A DNA stretch of 64,000 bases, taken from an uncultured Chloroflexia bacterium. Its GTDB lineage: Bacteria > Chloroflexota > Limnocylindria > Limnocylindrales > CSP1-4. Each line of letters starts with the position of its first letter. Positions within the stretch are counted from its first letter, which is position 1. This document shows, in pieces, positions 44,063 through 54,614 of this stretch. Under the pieces are notes generated by a model. That model was given only the letters and a program-made list of their open reading frames with translations. It did not search any database and was not told where the DNA came from. The position numbers were made by a program, and so were the translations under genes. The stretch covers positions 32,001 through 96,000 of the forward strand of contig CAVRGP010000002.1 in the NCBI GenBank assembly GCA_963720755.1, given 5' to 3'.

Positions 44063-45131
44063 CGAGCCGGTCGGCCTGGTCGGCCATCACGAGCGCGTCG
44101 ATCAGATCGTCGAGCACGCCGTCCATGATCGCCGGCAGGTTGTGGACGGTCTTGCCGATGCGGTGATCCGTGACCCGGTCCTGCGGGAAGTTGTAGGTAC
44201 GGATCTTGTCCGACCGGTCACCCGACCCGACCATCGAGCGGCGGGCCGCCGAATCCGCCTCGCGCTGCTTCTGCTGCTGAAGGTCGTACAGGCGCGAGCG
44301 CAGCACGGAGATGGCCTTGGCCTTGTTCTTGTGCTGGCTCTTCTCGTCCTGGATCTCGACGACGAGACCGGTCGGCAGGTGGGTCACCCGGACGGCCGAG
44401 TCGGTCGTGTTCACGGACTGCCCGCCAGGCCCGGACGCGCGCTTGACGTCGATCCGCAGATCGCGCTCCTCGTCGATCTCGATCTCGACCTCGTCCACCT
44501 CGGGCAGGACGATCACGGTCACGGTCGACGTGTGGATCCGCCCGGACGACTCGGTCGCCGGGATCCGTTGGACCCGGTGGACACCACCCTCGAACTTGAG
44601 CCGGCTGTAGGCGCCATCACCGTGGATCTGGACGATCGCCTCCTTGATCCCGCCGATCCCGGTCTCATTGAGGCTGAGCAGTTCGGGCGTGAATCGATGC
44701 CGTTCCGCATAGCGGACATACATCCGATAGAGCTCCGCCGCGAACAGGGCCGCCTCGTCGCCGCCGGCACCGCCCCTGATCTCCATGATCACGTCGCGGC
44801 CGTCATTCGGGTCGCGCGGCAGGAGCAGGACCTTGAGCTCCTCGAGCAACCTCGACTCATCGGCTTCGAGCCGGACGATCTCCTCGCGCGCCATCCCCTT
44901 CAGTTCATCGTCCGCGTCGGGGCCATCGCGGAGCTCGCGAGCCCCAGCCAGCTCCATCCGGGTGGCCTCCAACCGGCGGTAGGCGCCGACGACCGGTTCC
45001 AGCCGGGCCATCTCCTGGCCGATCCGGCGGATCGTGGGGGGATCGGCCGACGTCTCCGGTCGGGCCATCTCCGCTTGCAGGTCGTCGTACTGCCGGGCGA
45101 TGTCGGCCAGTTTGTCGTCGAGATCGCTCAT
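44040..45131 (-). CDS. prfA: Peptide chain release factor 1
   Basis: 'GPGGQSVN' and the PAT anticodon motif. Confidence 0.97.
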   Translation of the reverse strand: MSDLDDKLADIARQYDDLQAEMARPETSADPPTIRRIGQEMARLEPVVGAYRRLEATRMELAGARELRDGPDADDELKGMAREEIVRLEADESRLLEELKVLLLPRDPNDGRDVIMEIRGGAGGDEAALFAAELYRMYVRYAERHRFTPELLSLNETGIGGIKEAIVQIHGDGAYSRLKFEGGVHRVQRIPATESSGRIHTSTVTVIVLPEVDEVEIEIDEERDLRIDVKRASGPGGQSVNTTDSAVRVTHLPTGLVVEIQDEKSQHKNKAKAISVLRSRLYDLQQQKQREADSAARRSMVGSGDRSDKIRTYNFPQDRVTDHRIGKTVHNLPAIMDGVLDDLIDALVMADQADRLGDGDGVA

Positions 45132-46096
45132 GACCCGGGTGGCGTGTCACCCGGCGCGGCGGCGACGTCCTCTTCCGGCCCCAGACGCATGGGCCGCTGG
45201 GCGAACGCGCCCGAGCCGGTCGGGATCGCCTCACCGTCAGCTTCGAGCGCCTGCTCCATCGACACGATCGCGACTTCGATCATGTCGTCGCTCGGGCGCT
45301 TGGTGGTGATCATCTGGACGAGCAGGCCGGGGTAGAGCAGGACCTTGACCAGCGGGTTGGAGCGATGGCGCGCCCCGAACTTGAGGATCTCGTAGCCGAC
45401 CGCGGCGATCACCGGGATCAGCAGGATCCGACTGGCGATCATGATCAGCGGCGTCTGCCGACCCACGAGCGAGAACGCGATGATCGACAGCAGGATGACG
45501 ATGACCAGGAATTCGGTGCCGCAGCGCTGGTGGGCGGTCGGGTACTTCCGAACCTCGTCCACGGTCAGCGGGTCGCCGGCTTCGAGGGCGTGGATGGTCA
45601 TGTGCTCGGCACCGTGGTACTGGAAGACCCGGGCGATGTCGGGCGAACGCCCGATGACGATGAGATAGCCGAGGAAGATCGCCACCCGGACCAGGCCCTC
45701 GACCAGGTGCTGGACCAGGCCGTTGTCGATGTTCGAGGTCGTCACCGAGGCGATGAACAGCGGTAACAGGAAGAAGACGCCGATCCCGGCCGCGAGGGTC
45801 AGGGTGAGCATGAGGATGACCGAGCCCTTGCCCAGCTCGACACCCGCCTCCTCGGCCTGGACGTTCGCGCTCCGGACGAGCCAGCGGGTCCCCACGACCA
45901 GCGTCTCGTAGAGCACGACCAGCCCGCGGATCAGCGGCCATTTCGACCAACGGGTGCCATGGAACCCCGAGTCGAGCCGCTCGGTCGCGAACACGATCTC
46001 GCCGTCCGGATGGCGCAGGGCCACGGCGATCGCATCGCGACCGCGCATCAGGACGCCTTCGATCAGGGCCTGGCCGCCGTAGGTGTAATTGGGCAT
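45128..46096 (-). CDS. DUF1385 membrane protein
   Basis: 'GGQALIEGVLM', 'YHGAEH', 'HQRCGT'. Confidence 0.92.
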   Translation of the reverse strand: MPNYTYGGQALIEGVLMRGRDAIAVALRHPDGEIVFATERLDSGFHGTRWSKWPLIRGLVVLYETLVVGTRWLVRSANVQAEEAGVELGKGSVILMLTLTLAAGIGVFFLLPLFIASVTTSNIDNGLVQHLVEGLVRVAIFLGYLIVIGRSPDIARVFQYHGAEHMTIHALEAGDPLTVDEVRKYPTAHQRCGTEFLVIVILLSIIAFSLVGRQTPLIMIASRILLIPVIAAVGYEILKFGARHRSNPLVKVLLYPGLLVQMITTKRPSDDMIEVAIVSMEQALEADGEAIPTGSGAFAQRPMRLGPEEDVAAAPGDTPPGS

Positions 46097-46175
46097 GCGG
46101 GCAAGTCTACCGGGTGCGGGGTATGGCTCCGTCGAGGTCAGGCCACTCGCAGCGGCCGGTGGCCGTGGTCAGACG

Positions 46176-46388
46176 CTAGCTGCGGACCTGGCGCTCGAGG
46201 CGCTTCTGGAAACGCTCGACCTGGCCCGCTGTGTCGATGATGTTCTGCTTGCCGGTGAAGAACGGGTGGCAGTTGCCGCACACGTCGACGCGCAGTTCGG
46301 GCCGGGTCGAACCGACGGTCCATTCGGTCCCGCACGATCCGCAGTGGACCTTGGCCTGGAAGTATTTGGGGTGGATATCGGACTTCAC
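46176..46388 (-). CDS. rpmE: 50S ribosomal protein L31 (zinc-binding type)
   Basis: 'MKSDIHPKY', CGSC and CGNC, 'HPFFTG'. Confidence 0.97.
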   Translation of the reverse strand: MKSDIHPKYFQAKVHCGSCGTEWTVGSTRPELRVDVCGNCHPFFTGKQNIIDTAGQVERFQKRLERQVRS

Positions 46389-46461
46389 GAGAGGTTCTCC
46401 TCCGACGCCGTCCGTGCCGGGTGATGACCCAGCCGGTGGTCGCCGGTACGTTCCGGGGTGG

Positions 46462-46737
46462 CTAGGCGCTCGCTGCGGTCGCTTCGACCGCCTCGACCCG
46501 GATGCGCTTCTTGGTCTTGGTGGCGTGTTCGAACCGGACCTTGCCGGTGATCGTCGCGAACACGGTGTAATCGTGACCCAGGCCGGTCCCGGGACCGGAC
46601 AGGAACGTCATCCCGCGCTGACGGACGATGATCGACCCGGCAGGCACGAGCTGGCCGTCGCCGGCCTTGACGCCGAGGCGCTGGCCGACGCTGTCGCGGC
46701 CGTTCTTGACGCTGCCGCCCGCTTTCTTATGTGCCAT
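46462..46737 (-). CDS. rpmA: 50S ribosomal protein L27
   Basis: '[16 protein letters not shown]'. Confidence 0.98.
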   Translation of the reverse strand: MAHKKAGGSVKNGRDSVGQRLGVKAGDGQLVPAGSIIVRQRGMTFLSGPGTGLGHDYTVFATITGKVRFEHATKTKKRIRVEAVEATAASA

Positions 46738-46742
46738 CTCGT

Positions 46743-47462
46743 CTACTCGTCCTTCTTGGTGCTTCGGGTGCGCTTCGGGGCCGTTGTCTTCTTGGTGGTC
46801 TCCGGGGTCGCGTCCGAGTCCGCGGCGTCTGCGGTCGATGCCGTGGACCTGCTCGACGGCGTGGTCTTGCCCGCCGTCGATGACTTGGCCGTGGCGGTCG
46901 ATGCCTTCGGCGCGGCCTTGGCGGCGGGCTCGGCCTTGGTCTTCGCCGGGGCCGCCTTCTTGGCCGCAGTCGCCTTGGGCGCTGCCTTCGCCGGCTTCTT
47001 GACGTCGGCCTCAGCCTCGGCACCGAGCGCGAGCTTCGCGGCAAGCTCGGCATCCTTGGCAGCCTGCGCGGTGGCGGCCTCCTCGATGCGCTGCCGTTCG
47101 GTCTTCGCGTCGTCCTTCGCCTTGCTGGCGATCTTGGCCGCACTCTTGCCGGCCAGCGTGATGTCGGCGATGCGCAGGACGGTGAGTTCCTGGCGATGCC
47201 CCTTCTTCACGCGACTACGGGCCTTGGGTCGGTATTTGAAGGAGATCAGCTTCGGGCCACGGGTCTGGGAGACGACCTCGGCGCTCACCGACGCGTCCAC
47301 CACGACTGGCTGACCGATGGACGACTGATCGCCGTCGGCCACGAGCAGCACGCGGTCGAACGTGATCGTCTTGCCGGGTTCGACGTCGAGCAACTCGACT
47401 TCGAGTTCTGTTCCGACCTCGACGCGGTATTGCTTTCCGCCGGTCTCGATGACTGCGTACAT
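46743..47462 (-). CDS. rplU: 50S ribosomal protein L21 with long Ala/Lys/Thr-rich C-terminal extension
   Basis: '[14 protein letters not shown]', 'GHRQELT'. Confidence 0.96.
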   Translation of the reverse strand: MYAVIETGGKQYRVEVGTELEVELLDVEPGKTITFDRVLLVADGDQSSIGQPVVVDASVSAEVVSQTRGPKLISFKYRPKARSRVKKGHRQELTVLRIADITLAGKSAAKIASKAKDDAKTERQRIEEAATAQAAKDAELAAKLALGAEAEADVKKPAKAAPKATAAKKAAPAKTKAEPAAKAAPKASTATAKSSTAGKTTPSSRSTASTADAADSDATPETTKKTTAPKRTRSTKKDE

Positions 47463-47566
47463 GGATCCTCAGGGCTCGTGTCTTGTCGTGTCTTCGCGAC
47501 CGCGCGCGGCCACCGCTGACATCGGACGTGAAAAGGCGCGCGGCGACGCCGACGCGCAGACGAGAG

Positions 47567-47596
47567 ATTGTACGTCTCCGCCGGCCGAACGGTCAA
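47567..47596 (-). promoter_or_regulatory. rplU promoter TTGACC-N18-TACAAT
   Basis: Near-consensus hexamers upstream of rplU. Confidence 0.7.
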
Positions 47597-47639
47597 TCGT
47601 ATGTACTCGTTCGGTACGTCCGTTACCCATCGATGCCGA

Positions 47640-47777
47640 CGGAGGCCAGGAACTCGGCCTCTGGCCCCTTCACGCAGCCCCAGCAGCTCGGAGACCCGGG
47701 ACACTGGCGCGCCCGGAGGGCTACGGACGCGCAACGCCCCCTGGTTCCAGCAAGGGATGCCACGCGCCCATCGCCCA
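47640..47777. ncRNA. Candidate structured RNA (unassigned)
   Basis: Long imperfect hairpin (47718-47776) plus smaller stems in a non-coding gap. Confidence 0.3.
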
Positions 47778-47805
47778 CTCTAGCCGAACAGCCCGGGACG
47801 TCGCC

Positions 47806-48534
47806 TCAGCGCAGTCGGCCGGCCACCGGGTCATCTGCCAGGATCAGTCGTTCCCGAACGATCGCGTCGGACCCCAGGTCGATCCCGCTCGCGTCTGCAA
47901 GGGCTGCCACCACCTCGTCCGGCCGGCCGGTGCCCAGCTCGGGGTGCATCAGGGTCGTGAATCGGACCGACAACGGGGGCCCTGCGTCCACGACCTGGAC
48001 GTCGGCCAGAAGGGGCCGCAGATCGTAGGTCACGATCCTGTTGCCCTTGGCGCGCTCGCGGGGCAGCGACTCGGCCGCGAGCAGCGATGCGGCGGCGGCA
48101 CGGACCCTCGCGGGATCGACATCACCCAGCTCGACCCGGTAGACGGCGCCGACGACCTGGCCGGCGAGCGCCGGGCTGCCCAGCCAGACGTCGTAGAGGT
48201 CGATCAGGCGCCAACCGGGCGGCAACCGATCGACCAGGGCCGCGCGCACACGCCAGGACGGCTCCCGCCGCGTGAGCACGATGTCGGCGAGGTCGCGCTC
48301 CGCGGCCATCCGATCGGGGAGGGGCGCACCGAAGGCGACCCGTGGACGCAACCGGCCCGGGGGGCAGAAGACGGGTAGCCCTGAGGTCTCGAGCATCGCC
48401 TCCCAGGCGTCCGGCCGATCACGACCGTGCCCGCCTGCCGTACCGTCCCCGGCTCCGACCGCCGCTTCGGGACTTCGAGCCAGGGCGAGACGCCAACGCT
48501 GGCGCGGGACGGCGGGTGCTGTTCCATCGGCCAC
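47806..48534 (-). CDS. TIGR03936 / DUF2344 radical SAM-associated protein
   Basis: 'GLPV', 'PRVAFGAPLP', 'TYDLRPL', 'GTGRPDEV'; located upstream of rplU. Confidence 0.8.
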   Translation of the reverse strand: MADGTAPAVPRQRWRLALARSPEAAVGAGDGTAGGHGRDRPDAWEAMLETSGLPVFCPPGRLRPRVAFGAPLPDRMAAERDLADIVLTRREPSWRVRAALVDRLPPGWRLIDLYDVWLGSPALAGQVVGAVYRVELGDVDPARVRAAAASLLAAESLPRERAKGNRIVTYDLRPLLADVQVVDAGPPLSVRFTTLMHPELGTGRPDEVVAALADASGIDLGSDAIVRERLILADDPVAGRLR

Positions 48535-48554
48535 GTCTGGTAGTGTGCGGCCTG

Positions 48555-49808
48555 ATGGACGAGCCCGCGCCACCGACCGTCGACGGTCCCGCGAACCCGC
48601 TGGCGCCGTGGGCTGCGTCCCTGCCCCCGCCGCCCTTCGTGACGGAAGCCGAAGCGCCAGGGTCGTACCGCATGGCCCCGTTGTCGCCGCGGGTGTTCAT
48701 CCTGATCGCAGCCGGTCTGATCGCGGGGCTCGTCCTGTGGATGGCTCGTGACAGCATCCGACCGTTCATCCTCGGGCTTCTGTTCGTCTACCTGCTCGAT
48801 CCACCCGTCCGCTGGCTCGCCCGACGGGGTGTTCGCCGGACACTGGCGATCCTGATCGTGTACGTCCTCGGGATCGCCGCGTTCGTCGGGTTCCTGGCGG
48901 TGACCCTGACCCCCCTGGTCAACCAGTTCATCCGGTTCGTCGAGGATTTCCCGAAACTGGCCAACGACCTCAACGGCCAGCTCCAGCACCTGAGTGACAT
49001 CTACCGCAACCTGGACATCCCGCCCGCGCTCCGGGACTGGATCGACAACCTGATCGCCGGGATCGGGAGCGGTAGCTCAGGCGGGAGCACGATCGACATC
49101 AAGACGATCCTGCCGCTCCTCACCGGAGCCAGCAGCCTGCTCGGCGCGCTGTTCGCCTACTTCATCCTGCCGGTCTGGGTGGCCTACATCCTCAAGGACA
49201 AGACCGACCTGGTCGCAACCTTCGATCGGTCGCTGCCGAGTTCGTGGCGGTTCGACGTCTGGGCCGTCATCAAGACCGTCGAACGTGACTTCGGACAATG
49301 GGTTCGAGGCCAGCTCTTCCTGGGACTCGTGGTCGGGGTCGCCACGTTCATCGGCCTGCTCGTCCTGGCCGAGTTCGTCGATCCGATCTTCGGCCAGTAC
49401 GCCGTCCTCCTCGCGGTCATCGCCGGATTGCTCGAACTCGTTCCGATCATCGGACCGATCATCTCGGCGGTGCCCGCCGTGCTCCTCGCCGCCACGGTCG
49501 GGGCGGCGGCGGTGGTGGCGGCCCTGCTGCTGTACTTCCTCGTCCAGCAGGTCGAGAACAACTTCCTCGTGCCCAAGATCCAGGGCAACGCGGTCCAGCT
49601 GCATCCGGCCGCGGTGGTATTCGCGATCATCGTCGGCGGTTCGCTGGCCGGATTGCTGGGCGCGATCCTGGCGCTGCCGGTGACGGCGGCGTTCCGCGAC
49701 GTGACCCGCTACCTGTTCCGCCGACTGAGCCCGGATGAGCCCGCCGCACTGGCACTCTCGCTCAGCGCCATCGGGCTCGGCCCGGATGCTGCCTCGACCG
49801 ATGGCTGA
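48555..49808 (+). CDS. AI-2E family transporter
   Basis: 'YLLDPPV', 'WVRGQ', 'ELVPIIGP', 'QQVENNFLVPKIQG', 'LHP'. Confidence 0.93.
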   Translation: MDEPAPPTVDGPANPLAPWAASLPPPPFVTEAEAPGSYRMAPLSPRVFILIAAGLIAGLVLWMARDSIRPFILGLLFVYLLDPPVRWLARRGVRRTLAILIVYVLGIAAFVGFLAVTLTPLVNQFIRFVEDFPKLANDLNGQLQHLSDIYRNLDIPPALRDWIDNLIAGIGSGSSGGSTIDIKTILPLLTGASSLLGALFAYFILPVWVAYILKDKTDLVATFDRSLPSSWRFDVWAVIKTVERDFGQWVRGQLFLGLVVGVATFIGLLVLAEFVDPIFGQYAVLLAVIAGLLELVPIIGPIISAVPAVLLAATVGAAAVVAALLLYFLVQQVENNFLVPKIQGNAVQLHPAAVVFAIIVGGSLAGLLGAILALPVTAAFRDVTRYLFRRLSPDEPAALALSLSAIGLGPDAASTDG

Positions 49809-50421
49809 CCGGATCGACCCCTACAAGACGCTGCAGGTCGACTCGGAGGCGGAACATGAGGTCATCCAGGCGGCCTATCGACGGCTGGCTCGCAAATACC
49901 ACCCGGATCTGGCCGAATCGCCCGAGGCGGCGGACAGGATGTCGGCGATCAACGCAGCCTGGGAGATGATCGGCGATCCAGCGGCTCGGCGGGCCTTCGA
50001 TCTCGGACGGGCGGGATCCGGAGGTGGTCCGGCCGGTCCATCGGCAACGTCGCCGACCAGGGCCGACCCGGGACGGGCAGCGCCGACCCCGCCCCCCGAT
50101 GTCGTCTCCCGGGACTGGACAAGCGGGCGATCGACCCAGGGTGGCGGGTTCGACGAATCGATGCGCACCGCCCAGGGGTTCGGTGCCGCAGGTCCTCCGC
50201 CCGGCCGACCGTCGGGGACCGTGCTCAACTTCGGTCGCTACGCCGGCTGGTCGTTGGGCGAGGTCGCGCGCCACGACCTGGAGTACATCGAGTGGCTGGA
50301 CCGGGCACCGATCGGGCGGAACTATCGACCTGAAGTCGATGCCATCCTTCGGTCGGCCGGTCGCCGCCGCTCGGCCGACGGCGACGCTGAAGAACGGCGC
50401 GGCCTCTACCGTCGGCGCTAG
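49801..50421 (+). CDS. J-domain protein with C-terminal FGRY...YIEWL module
   Basis: 'DPYKTL', 'AYRRLARKYHPD', 'INAAWE'. Confidence 0.88.
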   Translation: MADRIDPYKTLQVDSEAEHEVIQAAYRRLARKYHPDLAESPEAADRMSAINAAWEMIGDPAARRAFDLGRAGSGGGPAGPSATSPTRADPGRAAPTPPPDVVSRDWTSGRSTQGGGFDESMRTAQGFGAAGPPPGRPSGTVLNFGRYAGWSLGEVARHDLEYIEWLDRAPIGRNYRPEVDAILRSAGRRRSADGDAEERRGLYRRR

Positions 50422-51662
50422 GCCGCCCGGCCCGGCGCCGGACCTTCTCCGGCGATCGCCCGTGGGACGCTGACCGCCAGCAGGTACGGCGCGACGACGG
50501 TCGTCGCGATGACCGCCACGAGGATCGCGCTGAACAGGTCCGATGTCAGCAGGCCGGTCGTGAGACCCAGCGTTGCGACCACGACGCCGACCTCACCGCG
50601 CGGGACCATCCCGCTGCCGACGGCGATCGACGGCCATCGTCCCAGCGACCGGGCGCCGAGCACCCCGCCGATCCCCTTGGTGACGACGCCGGCGACCGCC
50701 AGGACGAGGGCGAGGATCGCGATGCTGGGGTCGAGCAAGGCGCCGAGGTCGAGCTGGGCACCGGTCACAGCGAAGAAGAACGGGATGAAGATGAGTCCGA
50801 GCGGACGCATCTCATGTTCCAGCTCCTCCCGGGCTTCGGTCTCGGCCACGATGAGTCCGGCCACGAACGCGCCGATGATGCCGGCCAGGCCGATCCAGGT
50901 GGCGACGAGCGCCAGCGCGAACATCATGATGAACGCCGGAACGAGCGGCGAATCGGCGAACAGCGGCCAGGTGAACACCTCTCGTGGAAGGCCCCGTGCC
51001 CGTCGCGCGGCGACGAACCCGAGCAGGACGAGCCCGACGGCGGCAAGGGCAACGAACAGCGTCGAGGCCGACAGATCGCCCTCTGCGGCACCGGACACCA
51101 GGCCGATCAGGATGAGGGCGAGGACGTCATCGATCACGGCGGCGCCGAGCACGACCCGGGCGAACGGCCGCCCGAGCACCTTCATCTCGGCCAGGACCCG
51201 GCTGGTGATCCCGATGCTCGTGGCCGCGAGGGCGAGCCCGACGAACGCCGCGGTTGCCAGCTCCTCACCGGCGACGAGACCGATGCCGATCCCGATGACC
51301 AGCGGCAGGATCATCCCGATCAGGGCGGTCAGGATGGCGGGCCGTCCGACCGCCAGCAGGTCATCCATCCGGACTTCCAGACCGACCGTGAACAGGAGGA
51401 TCACGATCCCGATCTCGGCCAGGACGTTCGCGGTCTCGGCGGGGGCCACGAGACCCAGGGCATAGGGACCGACGACGAACCCGCCGAGCAGTTCGCCGAC
51501 GACGGCCGGCTGCCGCAACCGGCGGGCGACCTCCTCGCCGAGCTTTGCCCCCACGAACAGGATGAACACACCGAGGAGGACGTCGAACGACGCGGCCCCG
51601 GAAGCCTGCAGGAGCGGTGCGGTCCCGACATGAGGCGCGAGACTCGCGATGAGCGGCGACAT
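50418..51662 (-). CDS. CPA2 family cation:proton antiporter
   Basis: 'QPAVVGELLGG', 'LFTVGLE', 'ATSIGIT', 'AVIDD', 'PRGEV'. Confidence 0.93.
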   Translation of the reverse strand: MSPLIASLAPHVGTAPLLQASGAASFDVLLGVFILFVGAKLGEEVARRLRQPAVVGELLGGFVVGPYALGLVAPAETANVLAEIGIVILLFTVGLEVRMDDLLAVGRPAILTALIGMILPLVIGIGIGLVAGEELATAAFVGLALAATSIGITSRVLAEMKVLGRPFARVVLGAAVIDDVLALILIGLVSGAAEGDLSASTLFVALAAVGLVLLGFVAARRARGLPREVFTWPLFADSPLVPAFIMMFALALVATWIGLAGIIGAFVAGLIVAETEAREELEHEMRPLGLIFIPFFFAVTGAQLDLGALLDPSIAILALVLAVAGVVTKGIGGVLGARSLGRWPSIAVGSGMVPRGEVGVVVATLGLTTGLLTSDLFSAILVAVIATTVVAPYLLAVSVPRAIAGEGPAPGRAA

Positions 51663-52939
51663 CAGACGAGGTACCGCCCGTACAGGTAGATCGACGACAT
51701 GACGAGCGAGACGGCAGCGACCAGCAGTCCGTAGCGCAGGAAGTGGAAGAAGCTGATGCCATGGCCGGCCCTGCCGGCCATGTTCGCGACGACGACGTTG
51801 GCGGAGGCACCGACGATCGTGGCGTTGCCACCGAGGCAGGCGCCCAGGGCCAGCGACCACCACAGCGGTTCGAGCGGAAGCCCGGCCACGCCCATCTGCT
51901 GCACGACCGGGATCATGGTGGCGGTGTACGGGATGTTGTCGATGATCGCCGAGGCGATCCCGGACAGCCACAGCAGCCCGATCGTGGTCACGGTCGCGTC
52001 GCCGCCGGTGAGGTCCAACAGGGCGGTCGCGATCGAATCGATGATCCCGACGCGAACGACTGCCTCGACGAGCATGAACAGGCCGACGAAGAAGAACAGG
52101 GTCGGCCACTCCACCTCGCGCAGGATCGGTTCGACCTCGAGCCGCGACAGGAGAAGCAGCACCGCGGCACCGAGCAGCGCGATCGTGCCGGCCTCGAGGC
52201 CGAGCGGCGTGGCCAGGAGGAATCCGACGATCGTCCCCCCGATGACGGCCAGGCTCAGGCGGAGCAGTGGCGTATCGGTGAGGACCTCTCGCTCGTCGAG
52301 GGCGAGCACGGCATCGCGGACGTCAGCGTGGACCTCAAGGTCGCGCCCGAACAGGAACCGGGTCATGAGCAGGAAGACGACCAGGATCACCAGCACGATC
52401 GGTGCCATGTTGGCCAGGAAGTCGAGGAACCCGAGTTCGGCCGCCGATCCGATGAGGATGTTCGGCGGGTCGCCGATGAGCGTTGCTGCCCCGCCGATGT
52501 TGGAGGCGAGGATCTCGCTGATCAGGAATGGCACGGGTGACACGCGAAGGACCGTCGCGATGTAGAGCGTCACCGGAGCGATGAGCACGACCGTGGTGAC
52601 GTTGTCCAGGAACGCGGACAACCCGGCACAGACGACGCTCAGGACGATCAGCAGGCGGAACGGCTCGCCCCCGGCGATCTTCACCGAGCGGATGGCGAGC
52701 CACTGGAAGAACCCTGTCCGGCGAAGGATCGAGGCCATCACCATCATCCCCGCCAGCAGGAAGATCACGTTGAGGTCGATCGCCCCGAACGCTTCCTGTT
52801 GATCGATGATCCCGACGACCACGACCGCGGTCCCGCCGAGCAAGGCGGCGACGGTCTTGTCGATCCGTTCGGTCGCGATCAGCGCGTAGGTCGCGACGAA
52901 GATCAAGGCGGTCAGCGCGACGGCCGGATCCATCGTCAC
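51662..52939 (-). CDS. ArsB/NhaD (IT superfamily) transporter
   Basis: 'FLDNVTTV', 'SNIGGAATLIGDPPN', 'IDNIPY', 'GGNATIVGASAN'. Confidence 0.93.
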   Translation of the reverse strand: MTMDPAVALTALIFVATYALIATERIDKTVAALLGGTAVVVVGIIDQQEAFGAIDLNVIFLLAGMMVMASILRRTGFFQWLAIRSVKIAGGEPFRLLIVLSVVCAGLSAFLDNVTTVVLIAPVTLYIATVLRVSPVPFLISEILASNIGGAATLIGDPPNILIGSAAELGFLDFLANMAPIVLVILVVFLLMTRFLFGRDLEVHADVRDAVLALDEREVLTDTPLLRLSLAVIGGTIVGFLLATPLGLEAGTIALLGAAVLLLLSRLEVEPILREVEWPTLFFFVGLFMLVEAVVRVGIIDSIATALLDLTGGDATVTTIGLLWLSGIASAIIDNIPYTATMIPVVQQMGVAGLPLEPLWWSLALGACLGGNATIVGASANVVVANMAGRAGHGISFFHFLRYGLLVAAVSLVMSSIYLYGRYLV

Positions 52940-53415
52940 CTGTCGATCGGCGAGGATCCGGCCTCGAGGACGTCGACGTAGTGGATGGCCAGCTCGAGCA
53001 TGTCGAGATATCCGGTCGGGCGACCGTCGTCGTCGATGACGTACAGGCCGGACAGGTGGAGGTGATGCATGCGCTGGAAGGCCTCGGCGATCGTCGAATG
53101 GGGTCGGATCGTGGCCGGCTTCAGCATCGCCTCGCCAGCCGTCCGGGCGTCGAGGAAATGGCCGAACCTGGCGACGTCGGCGATGTCATTGATGTCGCCG
53201 AGGAGCGATTCGGGAACGACCCGGGCGATGACCGATTCGACGACACGGAGCGCCGGCAGGACGCCGACCAGGACGCCGGACTCGTCTACGACCCCGATGA
53301 CGCGCGTTTCGGGCCGGGCCGCCGACCGGCGCATGACCACGAGGAGATCGTCGTCCCGGGCTGCCAGGACGGGTCCGATCTCGAGCAGATCCTGGCAATC
53401 GGAGACCGGGGTCAA
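52936..53415 (-). CDS. CBS-domain protein
   Basis: Two CBS repeats, 'VVDESGVLVG' and 'VIDDDGRPTG'; start uncertain. Confidence 0.8.
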   Translation of the reverse strand: MTPVSDCQDLLEIGPVLAARDDDLLVVMRRSAARPETRVIGVVDESGVLVGVLPALRVVESVIARVVPESLLGDINDIADVARFGHFLDARTAGEAMLKPATIRPHSTIAEAFQRMHHLHLSGLYVIDDDGRPTGYLDMLELAIHYVDVLEAGSSPIDR

Positions 53416-53452
53416 CCGGGCCTGATCGGCCGGACCGGTCTCCCGGCCCCGG

Positions 53453-54614
53453 TCACCAGGCGGCACGGGTCTGTCGGATGTTGATGCTCTGGAGGATGCC
53501 GAGACCTGCGGCGATGCTGACGAGCGACGCACCGCCGTGGGTCACGAAGGGAAGCGGGATCCCCGTGATCGGCATGACCCCGAGGACCATCCCCACGTTG
53601 ACGACGAGCTGGAACATGATCATCGAGGCGACACCGGCCGCGAACAGGGTCCCGAACGCATCGCGGGACCGCCAGCCGGTGACCAGGACCCGCCAGACCA
53701 GCAGGACGAACAGGATGAACAGGACCACACCCCCGATGAATCCGAGCTCCTCGGCCAGCGTGGCGAAGACCATGTCGGTGGCCTGGACCGGCAGGAACGC
53801 TCCCTGCGTCTGCGTCCCGTTCGTCAGACCCTTGCCGATGAGGCCGCCCGAGCCCGACCGCGATCTGGGCCTGGTGGAGCTGGTATCCGGCCCCCTGGAT
53901 GTCGGGGTTGGCGTCGAGGAATTGGGTCAGGCGCTCCTTCTGATAGTCGCGCAGGACGTAGTTCCACACGATCGGGACCATCGCCAGGACACCGGCTGCC
54001 AGGAGCACCAGCCAGCGCAGGCTCGCGCCCGACATCCAGAGCATCCCGGCGAGGATGGCACCGAAGACCAGGGACGTGCCCAGATCCGGTTGGAGCAGGA
54101 CCAGGATCAACGGCGGCCCGACCAGGAAGCATGCGCCGATGATCGCGACGAGCGAATCGAGCTTGCCCTCGCGCGACGCCAGGTAGGCGGCCAGGACGAT
54201 GATCATCAGGATCTTGGCCAGCTCGCTGAACTGGAAGGTGAGCGGACCGATGGTGATCCAGCGAGCGGAACCGCCGACCCCCGAACCGATGCCCAGGGTC
54301 ACGATCAGCAGGCCGAGCTGCAGCGCGTAGATGGGCCAGGCGAGCGTCTTGAGCCAGTGGTAGTCGAAGATCGTGGTCACCACGAAGACGACGACGGCGA
54401 TCCCGGCCCACATCAGGCCGCGGCTGAACGTCGTGCCCGCGGCCAGCGGGACCGAGCCGTCACCCACGCTGTTGGTGTAGGCCATGACCAGGCCGACCGC
54501 CACGAGCAGGGCGGCGTACGTCGTCAGCTGCAGGTCGTAGGCGCGCCACGCCGCCCCGACCGACTTGGCGGCCCAGTCGCTGACGCGTGCGGGTTCGGCT
54601 CGGATGACGCCCAT
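53453..54614 (-). CDS. rodA: SEDS protein RodA, +1 frameshift near 53854
   Basis: 'FQFSELAK', 'LQPDLGT', then 'TDMVFATLAEELG' and 'PITGIPLPF' in the shifted frame. Confidence 0.93.

Noticed and set aside
47604-47617. GTAC-flanked sequence resembling the regulon motif upstream of rplU
   Set aside because: Poor match, and its offset to the -10 (about 45 bp) is outside the 37-41 bp seen elsewhere.
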